From the NCBI GenBank assembly GCA_973895155.1, contig OZ316894.1, positions 13,184,828 through 13,248,827 on the forward strand: 64,000 nucleotides of DNA, given 5' to 3'. Positions 51,771 through 62,700 of the stretch are shown here, piece after piece (position 1 is the stretch's first letter; every line of letters starts with the position of its first letter). Both the position numbers and the translations under genes were made by a program. This DNA is from Marsupella aquatica (Eukaryota; Plantae; Marchantiophyta). The notes beneath the pieces were generated by a model that searched no databases, was not told the DNA's origin, and saw nothing but the letters and a program-made list of their open reading frames with translations.

Positions 51771-52928
51771 GTCAATATTTCATAAAGTGAATTGGTATTT
51801 TTAGTCAAAAAAGTGTATATTTATGGCCAAGTCTTAGAGGTAGTTTGGCCAGCACTGGGCGTTAGCATTGTCGTTGTCTCAATATTGACGGATATCACAT
51901 CGGCATCCATTTGAACAAGGAGAAAGTCAAACGCTGTGGGGAGCGGAGATACAAAGATAGATGCCACCCCATAGGCTTCTGAAGCCAATACCGGAGCGCC
52001 ATCCAATCCAATTACTCCCGCTGAGAAAGGGAAGGCGATCGCTCCAGTGGATGCGACCAGTACAAGGAAGAAGAGGAAAAGGACCATTGAAGGTGGATCT
52101 TCCTCTCGAGAAAGTGTTGCTGCTGTAGGTCTTCAACGTGAAGTCGGGGACTTCAAGAGTAGACTTTCAAGGCATTGCCTTGTTGAATCTAACATCTCAA
52201 AATTCTACGACTCAACGTTTAACAAAGGGGAGAAGCCTGATTGGGTGAATGGTGTAGAGAAATGGGGAAAGGATCTCATGAAGTCTGGTTTTCGAGAGAA
52301 GGGCGTTGTGCGTGGGGGAAAGGAGAGATCGTTTGGAGTCCACGCGGGTTTTATCTACCTTTTGACAGGACTTAAACCATCTCTGCTAGACAGAAAAGTC
52401 CCAAAATGGAATGTCCCTGACCACACATTGGCCACCTCTTTCTTTCGTGGAATGGATCCATTTTTATCTGATGACGGAATGCTGGCCATTTTACATAACG
52501 GGGAGTACGATCCGATGTCTCAGGTTATATTGGCTTGTCAGGAATCAAAGAAGTTTCATTGCATCTTGACACACAGTTCCGAGGTATTCTATTGTGCGAG
52601 CAAACAGGAGTTTTGCTAGCGAGGACAGCAGGCTAGCGAGGACAGCAGGCTAGCGAGGCAAGTTTGCGCGTAATTTGAGGGTAGTTAAGGCGCATTCCCA
52701 AGTAAGATTGTCAATATATATTGTGAAACAGTTAAGGAAAACAAAAATGCAGATACTTAAATATTCACAAACTCAAAAATTGAGATCTTCACTACACTGA
52801 ACTGAATGAAAAGGCATCATCACTGTCAACAAAACCAGGTCAAAAAACCTTTCACAATCCATCTTTAATAAAACTTTGGTATGACAAATATCTTCTGGAA
52901 TGAGATTGCATCTGAAATTGACCATGAG

Positions 52929-53258
52929 TCATTGAGAATCCTCTGATTCCAAATCATCTGAGGAATTACTAGGATCGCTACTGGACTCCCTATCAGTCTC
53001 CTCAGCCCAACCGTCAACATACTGTGCTACAGTCCCAGCCTCATCATCTATGAACTGAGGGCAGTAAAGGGCTTTCCGAACACCCCTCACTGACCGCAGA
53101 CCTTTCCCCTCCCAAGTCAAAATGACGGGCGCTTCATCAACCTCCTTTGCAGTCTTTTCAGCATAGCATGGAAGCGCAAATCCCTTCTCAGGGGTCACAA
53201 GAAAATGATCCTTGATTTCTTTCCGAAGACGGAATCTCTCCTCCGAAAACCAATTCAA
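52929..53258 (-). CDS. Small acidic-tailed ORF of MULE-2 (possible third gene or last exon), unknown function
   Basis: Open 109 codons with protein-like composition, ending FIDDEAG...SSDDLESEDSQ; start uncertain. Confidence 0.4.
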   Translation of the reverse strand: MNWFSEERFRLRKEIKDHFLVTPEKGFALPCYAEKTAKEVDEAPVILTWEGKGLRSVRGVRKALYCPQFIDDEAGTVAQYVDGWAEETDRESSSDPSNSSDDLESEDSQ

Positions 53259-53369
53259 ACGCCTATCACTAAAGAAATCACCAGAGTCGGATCAATACTA
53301 AACATCCGAAAATTCTACAAACAAAAGAAAAACACCAAATAGGGAGTTCTACATCAAAGGCCAAGTGCT

Positions 53370-54954
53370 TTACTCCAGGTCGAATTCATCCTTCTCGTCT
53401 GAAGGTCCTCCCTGATCATCTCCTGGGATGGTGAACTCATCATCCGACCCTTCATCATTGGGATCATCGTTCTTCGGGTCTGCGGCCCCTTTCAACTTCT
53501 GGGCATGTCTATCCAACACATTTGCCAAAGTTCTTTGTGCACACAGATGAAGAATGTCTCGATCTTCAACACCCACAACAAATCTCCCAGCGTATTCCCC
53601 AGCGGCAAAAGCACTTCCATCTCCAACAGTCCAGTCAATGACAATGTCCTTTGGCAAAGTAAGGATCTCCATTACGGCTTGCATGAACCCAACTGACAAT
53701 CTATTGGAACCTGCGAAAGCCGCCTTGGGATTGGGATCAGTTTTTGGGTAGCAAACACTCAACATCGATTTATGGCGGGCATCCTCCGAGGAAGTCATTG
53801 GAACATATCCTGTATGTTTTGGGACTTTTGCCGAGAATTCCACCTTGCAGAAGACATCCATAATGAGAGTAACCACCTGAATTGAAAACGAGAATATGTA
53901 AGAAATGGGCACTTTTGGTTAGCGAGCTCGCTAGCAAAAATTGCACAAAAAATATGGAGGATATCTTACCTCGATGGCCATATCTGCCTGATACAAAGGA
54001 GATGAAAGCAAAACCAAATACTGCCGGACATGTTTAAATTTGTTCTTCTGTTTGACTACAGAAAAATTTGCCTCATATGGTTATAGTCAGAGCTGTGAAG
54101 AACTGTGACATAACCATCATCGGCAAGCATCGGACGCATGACTCCAAAGAAATAATATGGTAATTTCTCACTCCAAACATTCCACTTCGGGACCTCCCGG
54201 TCTGTGACGCTTGTTCGATGACCCGTGGGAAGGAATATGAAACCCAAGTGAGCACCAATTCCAGCGTAATTTTTTCCGTTGATCATCACGGCGTTTGGGT
54301 GTTCGCTCGATTTGCTCATTCCAGACAACCACTGATCCGCATCGCCCATCCAGGGAGGTCTTACTTTCCTCTGGCTAATTGAGTTTGCAGTTTCCGTGAG
54401 ATTGCTCTTCGCCAAGAAATGCCTCTCACCGTCCTTCTTAAGACCACACATTCATGCTACTCCTTGCGCGACGCATGCTTCCTCCTCATCCAAGTCGGAG
54501 AGAATTTGGACATTGTGCTTCCTCTTTAAACGCTTGATTGAACCCAGGTCCACAGCAGATTTTGTTGTGACCTCAACATCAGGAGACTTGGGTTCTTCTC
54601 CATCATCCGCCCCACTCTTCAAACTGCCAGAGGCTGCAGCCTTTCTCTTCTCTGAAAAACATGTTAATGTCAGACAGGTGACTGAGACAAAATTACTCCG
54701 AATGAGGTATGAAAAAATGAGGAGAAAAAGACTTACTTTGCTTCCCAAACAAGACTGATCCATCTTTGGACGTGTCCTTCACCGGCACCTTCCGAGGTCT
54801 CCTCGATCTACTCCGGTCGACAATGGCAGCTACACCAAGAACAGCTTTCTCCATTGCATCACATCCGCCAGCCTCGGCTTCTGCAGGAGCTAATTTGGAC
54901 TCTGTAATGTACAACTCTGGTATCAAGCCTTGATTTATCATATGAAATGCTGCC
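53370..54954 (-). pseudogene. MULE-2 paralog, 3' exons: beta-class N4/N6 DNA methyltransferase fold
   Basis: GT-AG introns at 54652-54736 and 53877-53969; motifs AHLGFIFLPTG, MRPMLADDG and ILTLPKDIVIDWTVGDGSAFAAGEYAGRFVVGVED; one in-frame TGA and one frameshift. Confidence 0.78.
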
Positions 54955-55379
54955 TGTGACGCCGCCGGTACGGCGGTTAATGAGTGATTCAGTTTAACTA
55001 TGCTCGGCACGCGCGTTAGGAGTGTCTTAGACCGCTATTATTAGCATAACGATAGTATTTAGGTAATCATTATGGGTAGGATATCATTAGACAATAAGGG
55101 GGAATTCAGGTTCGGACTGGCGGCTGGTCGCTATTCGCACACCCGGGTTACGAGCGTGGAGGGGCCCCTCCCTCGGGTCCGTATAACAAACTTAAGGAAG
55201 CGACCACTAACACGCGCTGACTCAGACCGGCGGAGTGGCCGGCACACCACAAGCGTGAGCGGTTCAGCCTATGGGCATCGAGGAGACGTCGGGGGATTGA
55301 CAAGCCCTCAAGGTATAAAAGGGGAGCCAACCCTTTGTAGTGCACCAGTCCATCAGTCCACGCGCCAGCTTCGACCACA

Positions 55380-57665
55380 TCCCTGCTCAGGTTTGGGCTA
55401 TCATCAACAGCGAGTCCAGCACTACCCGTTCGACAAGGTCGTCTGTACTCGCTTCGGAGAACTTCTACGAGCACCTACAGAGTTTCATAGGAACTCGGCC
55501 AGCAACCAACATGACCAACTCAGTCGTACCCATACCCGTACCCATACAACCTCAGGCTCAGCTTCAGCTTCAGCCTCAGCCGCAGCCTAGCCAAACCCCA
55601 CCACCGATCGCCCAGCCAGCACAAGTACGCTGTGGATCTTAGCGATGACGACGAGGCTACCCTACCCTTGACCAGGCGGCCCAGAGGAGCAAGCGCTCAG
55701 GGGGCCGACACTATATCGTCCCCAACCCCTGCTCTAACCCCAGGAGCGGCCCCGGCAGACAACATGGTGACACTGCCCGACCCGGGCCCGTTACTAACGG
55801 TAGTGGCACTACCCAGGCCCGATCGGGAGGATGGGGAGGTATCACCTTCCCCGAGCCAGTCACGGGGGAAGAAGAGGAAGGAATCCACCACTGCATCCGG
55901 GTTACCGTTGGCCACGGTAGCCGTGGCCAAGGTGACGATGCACCGCATGGGGGAAAACGTTCACAAAAACATCCTCCATCCCAAGCATGCGGTGTACCTG
56001 AAGACTCAGGGATTCGAGCACCTCGCCTCCCTCCCCTGGAACACTTGCAGGTACTACGGGGAGGACATGACGGAGTTCATCAGGAATTATGACGACGCGC
56101 ATCAACATACTCGGCTGCGGGGAAGGAGTATGTCCCTCACGGAAGAACGGCTCAGGATGATCTTCGGGTTACCCGAAGGTGACCATCGAGTCGAATCACG
56201 GGCTCCCGGGGGCAAGGGAGCCAAGTACCAATCTTCAAGTTTTCCCGCAGAGGGAGCAGTGGACAACGGGTTCATGATGAAGACCTGCCTCATCCCCGAG
56301 ATAGCTGAGCGACTGGAGTTCCAGAGGTACGCCCTCCACATGATGGAACCCCGGGGGGAGATCTCCGCCGCCCAGGTTATCCAGGTCGAGAACTATCGAC
56401 CTAGGAGGTGGGCGTCATACTTCGCTAAGAAATTCCATGAAGAGATGGAGCGGCGAAGGAAGACGCTGAACATTGGTGGGAAGGCGTATTTTGCTAGCCA
56501 CATCGAGATCATTCTTGAGTGGTACGCCCGGTTTGATCGACGAACCCTTCCCCGTGTCAACGTTACAAAGCTGGTCCCAGCTAGGTGGGTTTTCCCGGCC
56601 TTGGAGAGGCGGCCCCAACCCGAGGCCCGAAGTCCAGCGGACACGCCAGCTTCACCCACCCCACCTCCACAAGTAGCTGTAGTCGTAACCGAGGAGGTAC
56701 CGGATGGGTCGAGTGTCGCAACCGTTGATGCGACCCAACAGGCCGGGCTAAGTACAGAAGTCGGTACGGCGGAGGTCTTACCCGAACCCGGTTCTCCCAA
56801 AGACCCACCGATGGCTATTCCGGAGAACTGGACATTGCTACAGGAGGACGCTCCAGCCCCTTCCAACGTTACGTCCCCAGGGCTGGACGTCGCTGCCCCG
56901 GCCCCCACGCGTGTTGACGTCTGCCCGTGCCCAACTCCTGACAGGCACAACTTGGACCACCCGGAACTCTTCATACCGGGTACATTTATGAATGGGCTTC
57001 TGTGAGATTTCTCTCATCAGATTGCCCGGGATACCGGGGAGTTCATGGCCCGGAAGGTAGCCTGTTTCTTCAATCAGGAGTTGGTTGCCGCAGTAAAGGC
57101 AGGTCGGGCCCAGTCAGAGGCCCTTCAGAGGATAGAGCGGTACCGGGTGGAGTTCGTGTACCTAAAGAACGAAGTTGCAGCTCAAGAGGCTGAGCTTCGG
57201 CAACTACGACCCAAGGTTGCAGCCACCGATGAGTTGTTAGCAAAGGCGCATACTCTTACCGCCCTAGCCGAACAGGCCAAAGCTGGGAACGAGGCCAAGA
57301 TTACACGACTCCAGAACCAGATTGACAGTTTGAAGAATCAAACTGTCACCTGGCAGAAAGACCTGGAGGAGGCCAAGGAATAGGCCCAACGGGACACGGT
57401 GGAGATAGCCACGCTGCAGGCCGAGGTGGCACGGCTCCAAACCGAGGCCGAGAAGCAGGACCAGCTGGCGGGTAAACTGACAAGTTACGCCCAGCAGCTG
57501 GAGGAGGCTTGTCAGGAGGCAGCAGAGGAGACGGACGCGGCGAGGCGAGAGAACGAATCTCTGATGGACCAGGTCCAGCTCCTCAAGGCAGACAATGACA
57601 GGCTTCGAAGGCAGCGGGATGGCCGCTCCCATTCGGGCGGCTCTGGCAAGCGTGCCAAGCATTAG
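55380..57665 (+). pseudogene. LTR-A-encoded accessory protein, copy 3 (5' part deleted)
   Basis: ORFs 55632-57005, 57045-57383 and 57399-57665 are nearly identical in translation to copy 1. Confidence 0.8.
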
Positions 57666-58572
57666 CAGCGGAGTAGGAATAGATTAGGATTAGGACTGGC
57701 TTAGTCAGGCTCTTGGGACAGGCACCTGCCTTAGGTACAGCAGCGCTGCCATGCTGTCAAGCCTGCGTAGATTAGGATCTTCTAATAAGACACAGCCGTT
57801 TCCGGCCTGACTGTCAGCTTAGTTATGACCTTAGTCAGCAAATCTTCGGCGAGAGGACACCCCGTCCCTCGTCCCTTAGTATTTAGTGCACCCCTCGGTA
57901 GAGGAGGGGGGGTTTTAGTTGCAGAGTTGGGCGTCCGCGGTATATGCGGGGAGTCCCGACCTCTGGGAATGAAAGAGTACCAAGGGGAGGGGGTAGGACT
58001 AAGCTCACCGGGCGAGTGCGGAGCCGGGCTCCGTTGTAGTGTGCACCCTCGGCCTTGAACCTGTTCATTCCGGGGCTGTCGGGTCAACTAAGTGTATGCG
58101 TATGTTCCCTTTGTAGTAAAATCCTTTCCCATCATTTTCCTTCGTGTAAATCGAGATTGTATGCATGTGCGCGTGTATGTGTGTGGGTTTCTCGTATATA
58201 GGTAGCAGCGCTAGGCCAAACGCACTACCCGAGATGTGCACAGGGTGCAGCCTGCCGGTAAGTGGTTGCGAGCATGGGTTGAGGACCTGTACCATCGAAT
58301 CCGGATTGAAGGCGGACAGCACAAAGGCTTAGAAGCCCTTAAGCCGGGGTCGATCCTGCTATCGACTAAGGTACGTTCCGGCGGCGGAACACAAACCATA
58401 CCTAGGAGGTGTCCGTATTTAGCAGTATGCGCACTTAGCGCTAGTTTACGAGAATAAGGTGCATTACGTGCTTCCCTTCCTGCCCGAACCCTCAGGTTTA
58501 CGAGGGATGTGCCCGTCTAAGCTGAAGTCTGAGTTAAGCCCGCAGCCGATGACGTGGCATAGCCTTTGTTTT

Positions 58573-58590
58573 TGGCGCTAGATGGAGGGG
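58573..58590 (+). promoter_or_regulatory. Primer-binding site complementary to the tRNA-Asn 3' end
   Basis: TGGCGCTAGATGGAGGGG has one mismatch to the complement of plant tRNA-Asn ...CCCCTCCTTCTAGCG-CCA (tRNA sequence from memory). Confidence 0.8.
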
Positions 58591-58683
58591 GCACTCTACA
58601 TATCGTAGAGGGGAGACATGTGCGTATTCACCTAGGCAGGATACATCAGGACGTAGTACTAACCATCGCATTTATATGAGTAA

Positions 58684-59793
58684 ATGCCCGTCACTCGTTC
58701 TCAAGCAGCTTACTTGAGGAGATTGACCAGCGAACGAGAAAGTGCAACCACGACAAGTTCCGATTCTTCGGACTCGGAAGACTCGCACTCGCCCCGACGT
58801 ATGAACATACCCCCGGGACCTTCGGGGTCCGGTTTGACCGGTCCTCTTGCGGTTCCACCGCCACCACCACCACCACCACCACCACCTATGGCAGCCGCTC
58901 CACCGATGGCCCGCGCTGCTCAAGCTCCTCCACAAATATTGCAACGATCACGATTTCATTATCGACCTTTCAAGGGGCGTCATGGGGATGATCCGGATGA
59001 ATGGTTGGATGAGTTTGAAGCCACTGCTAAAGCTAACGGGGAAGACGCCATTAAGCTAACCGTCCTCCCGGGAGTGATGCGGGGAGAAGCTTGTCCATGG
59101 TACAACTCGTTGCCGCCCGGGACTAGATGGGCACAATTCCAAGCTGCATTGCTGCAGGAGTTTCGTGCCATTGGATCGGAACAGCGTTCTCTATTAAAGA
59201 TTGGCCAGCTTCGCATGGCAAAGAAGGAGTCCCTGCGGAAGTTCATTCAGAAGTTTCAGAAACTTGCGGCCAAGATCCGGCCCAGGCCAGGAGACGCGCT
59301 CCAGCTTACATGGTTCCTTCATGGTCTGCCCATGAATATGCAATTCTGGGTACGCCAGAATAATCCGATTTCAATGCAGGCGGCCATAGCGTGCGCCAAA
59401 ACTTACCGGGAGTCCACCTATAACTCTCGGCGGAGCCAGCGAGCACGCCGCAAGAAGGGTAAGTACGAGACCTTCAGTGATAGTGACTCCGAATCGGACG
59501 AGAGGAAGAAGAAACGCAAGAAGAAAAAGAAACATCGTTCGACCTCGTCCAGCTCGGAGATGGAATCCAGTTCGGATTCAGCTTCAAGCACCGGATCCTC
59601 TACCTCCAGTTCATCAGGAAGTGACTCAGAGAGCGAAAGCTGGAGCAAAAAGAAGAAGAGACGAGTGAAGAAGGAGGGGAAGATCAAACCCCGGGCGCGA
59701 AGAACGATACCAGATCCAAAGGCTGCCAAAGCAGACAAGCTAAACAAAATCACGGATCGACTCAAAGCACTGTCAGTACATCTTGCGGAATAG
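58684..59793 (+). CDS. gag: Gag capsid region (Retrotrans_gag-like) with poly-Pro and Ser/Lys-rich tracts
   Basis: MPVTRSQ start, FKG...DPDEWLDEFE, RGEACPWY, W..F..A.L.EF, WFLHGL. Confidence 0.88.
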   Translation: MPVTRSQAAYLRRLTSERESATTTSSDSSDSEDSHSPRRMNIPPGPSGSGLTGPLAVPPPPPPPPPPPMAAAPPMARAAQAPPQILQRSRFHYRPFKGRHGDDPDEWLDEFEATAKANGEDAIKLTVLPGVMRGEACPWYNSLPPGTRWAQFQAALLQEFRAIGSEQRSLLKIGQLRMAKKESLRKFIQKFQKLAAKIRPRPGDALQLTWFLHGLPMNMQFWVRQNNPISMQAAIACAKTYRESTYNSRRSQRARRKKGKYETFSDSDSESDERKKKRKKKKKHRSTSSSSEMESSSDSASSTGSSTSSSSGSDSESESWSKKKKRRVKKEGKIKPRARRTIPDPKAAKADKLNKITDRLKALSVHLAE

Positions 59794-59796
59794 CCG

Positions 59797-62700
59797 GTGG
59801 AGAAGAAGAAGCCATCTGAGATTCGAGCCCATGCGTGGTGTTCAAAGTGCTTCCAATCCGGCCATGTGGTGCAGGAATGCCCAAGGTGGAAGAATCGAGT
59901 TCACCAAGTAGAGCTGGATGATGTCGACAACCCAGGTCCCGAATCGGAGTCCACAGAGTATTTGTTTGAGGACCCTCCTGATTCCGTGTACCAGATTTCA
60001 ACGGTAGGTCCGCGTAATTTAGCAGGTAGAACTGCGTACCCCTACCCAAACAATGGCCGGAGTTTCCAGGTTATCAGTAACCCGAGCATCCCTCCTAAGC
60101 CAGGGATTTGGCGATCCCCGGTTTGTTATAACTGTGAAAAGCCAGGACACTTTGCAAGGGAATGCACCGAACCAAGACGTGAGGGAGATGGCCAAGGCAC
60201 CCCACTATGTCAAGTCTGCAAAATGGAGGCTCATTCCACGGCCAACTGTCCGTTGGTAATCGCTGCTCGAACAAGCGCAGCTAGACCGGCCCAGGCTGGA
60301 CCGGCCACGAGCGATGCAGTCGTCCAAATGATTGCTGTAGAATGGCAAGATGACAACACCGAGTGGGTGAATTTGGTGGACGTAGCAGAGCACCCTGATC
60401 CATTGGATGAGGCCGAGTGCTATCGAGTGTCGACAAGGGCCGAACGGAAGGAAGAGAAGACGGAGGAGAAACGAAGGAAAAAGCAAGATACTACTCCGGT
60501 GCAGCCAGCGATAGATATACCCCCGGAGAAGGACGATGACTACCGACGGGACGACCCGAAGCTATTTTTCCCCCGCATCGAAGAATTGGTAAAGAAACAG
60601 CTGGAGGCCTACGAAGCTCGGGAATACCAGAAGGCAATCGATAAGGACATCAAAGCAGCCGAGACCGCCCGGCGCCAGGAGCAAGAGGAGCAAGAAAAGC
60701 AAGAGGAAGCCAAGCTGCAGCCGAAAGAGGATAAAAAGGAGAACTACGATATTAAGGAAGACGTGAAGAGTTGCCCGGTTACAGCGACGGTGGGGCAACT
60801 GCTGCAGAACAACCCACAATACAGATGGCTAAGGGAGTTTCTCATGGGTCGCCAAAGGAGGAGACTACCCCGAGTTGGGATCGCTGACTGCAACATGATA
60901 TGCGAGGACCTTGGAGCGCCGGACATCTCAATCGAAATTAATAATTGTACCATCAAGATGGTTCTTGTAGACGGAGGAGCAGGAGTCAACATCATGACTG
61001 AAGAAACGTCAGTCAAGTTAGGATACCTCACGTATCAACCCACAGCCCGAGCTATCAGATTAGCAAACGGGGCAAGGGTCCTCCCATTAGGCACGCTCAC
61101 ACGAGTGCTCACTCTGGTGGGAGGGGTGGAGTTCTATCTCAACTTCCTAGTTATGAGGCCGGTTCGTCCCTCCTCTTACCCGGTTCTTCTGGGCAGGCCC
61201 TGGCTGTACGGTGGCCGCGTAGTCACGGATTGGGGAAAGAAGGAGCTACGGTTCGGGGAACCCACCGTACGGGTATCATGGGCAATGGACGATTATCAAG
61301 GAGAAACCCCACAAGGACCCGAGGAATATGATTTGGAGACCTCGGAGGAAGAGGAACTCAATATGATTGAACTCATCTCGTCCCTGTCCGAGGAAGATGT
61401 CTTCAGAGTTGAAGCAACCCGCAAAACACATCTCCTAAATTACCCGAGGGCTGCCATTGAGTCCACCCCAAGCACACCTACTGCCAGGGATGAGGAAACG
61501 CACAAACAACTCGTCGAGACGGGGGACTCGACTCAAGCTAAGCAGGGAGCCGAGGCTGCTTCTACCGTTGCAGAGCCTCGTGACCACGAACCAGCCCAAC
61601 AACTGCCCAAGGCCAAAAACTCGAGACCAAGACATAAGAAACGAGTCTCATGGGATCCGTCCATTCCGCAATTGGAGGAAGTAACGCCAATCCCGAGACC
61701 AATCCCGGTTCCACCCATGTACGGAGGAGTTCGGTTAGCTGAGCTTGATGCGAGCCTGGACCCGAGCCTGCGAAACCAGGTTGAAGTCATCAGGAAGGAG
61801 CACTATCGGAAGTACACCATTGGGATGGACAAATCTTTTAACCTGGGCCACGCTCTGACGGGGGAGGCTGAAAAATCCATCCAAGCTTTGCTCAAGGAAT
61901 ATGAAGATGTGTTTGCATGGAGTCATCATGATTTAACAGGCGTCTCCCCCGAGTTGGGGGAACACACGATCGATCTGAACCTAGGAGCCCATGCGGTACG
62001 GCAGCGACAACGTCGCATGAACCCGAGGTACTCCATCTTAGTGAAGGAGGAAATTGATCATCTCCTCGCCGCCAATATCATCTACCCGGTAATGGCCAGC
62101 GACTGGGTCTCTCCCATTGTCATTGTACCAAAGAAGGGAGGTACGGATGGAAAACCTAAGATTCGTATTTGTCAGGACTACCGTAAGCTGAATGACGCAA
62201 CCCGCAAAGACCATTACCCATTACCATTCACGGATATGGTTCTAGATATGGTAGCCCGAAATGAAATCTATACATTTCTTGACGGGTATTCAGGTTATAA
62301 CCAAATCTGGATTCGCCTCGCGGATCAGCTCAAAACAACTTTCACTACGGAGTGGGGGACTTTCGCATTTCGGAGGATGCCTTTTGGTCTATGTAATGCC
62401 CCGGCCATGTTTCAGCGCCTGATGATGAATATCTTCCACGATTTCCTACGGGAATTTCTGGAGATATTTATCGATGACTTTGCCATCTTCGGAACCATTG
62501 CCATGCACCCCGAACACCTAAGACGAACGTTGCAACGATGCCGAGATGTCAACCTCAAACTACATCCCGCCAAATGCTTCTTCGGGGTAGAGGAGAGGGT
62601 GTTACTCGGGCATCATGTGTCCAAACGGGGCATTGAGGTGGACCAAGAGAAAGTTGCGGCCTGGATGGCAGTGGTGTTCCCCGTGGATCAAAAAGCAGTA

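Larger units (their letters stand above)
34576..52580. mobile_element. Large, once-autonomous MULE-1 (left end seen; right part displaced by nested MULE-2)
   Basis: Left end GGGTATAGCAATGGAGACAGGAAACAGG matches the MITE left end GAGTATAGCGACGGAGACAGGAAACAGG; contains a transposase, a second gene and many family palindromes. Confidence 0.8.
45535..52580 (+). pseudogene. MULE-1 second gene: N-terminal ParB/Srx-like domain and C-terminal amino-methyltransferase-fold region (3' end cut off)
   Basis: IPLCWL...VRTL...F...GY...FYV...FDRNHRLYSW (45985-45999, a DGNHR-type motif). Introns near 46131-46265 and after ~51640; coding resumes at 50389 after LTR-A. ORF 52047-52619 is homologous to 54056-54451. 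Confidence 0.7.
52581..54954 (-). mobile_element. Terminal part of related MULE-2, inserted in opposite orientation into the MULE-1 second gene
   Basis: GAGGT-N13-AGCAAACAGGA at 52581 has the same layout as the MITE right end; 17-bp subterminal repeats GCTAGCGAGGACAGCAG at 52615-52658; cut by the Gypsy element at 54955. Confidence 0.75.

Noticed and set aside
45535-54954. Bacterial contamination or recent horizontal transfer as the source of the ParB/methylase-like sequence
   Set aside because: The genes have GT-AG introns, lie within MULE termini and are interrupted by plant LTR elements.
59791-59793. In-frame TAG between gag and pol as programmed readthrough
   Set aside because: It falls before the nucleocapsid knuckles and lacks a CARYYA context. 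The element has another clear nonsense change (conserved Trp to TAG at 62884), so CAG>TAG decay is simpler.
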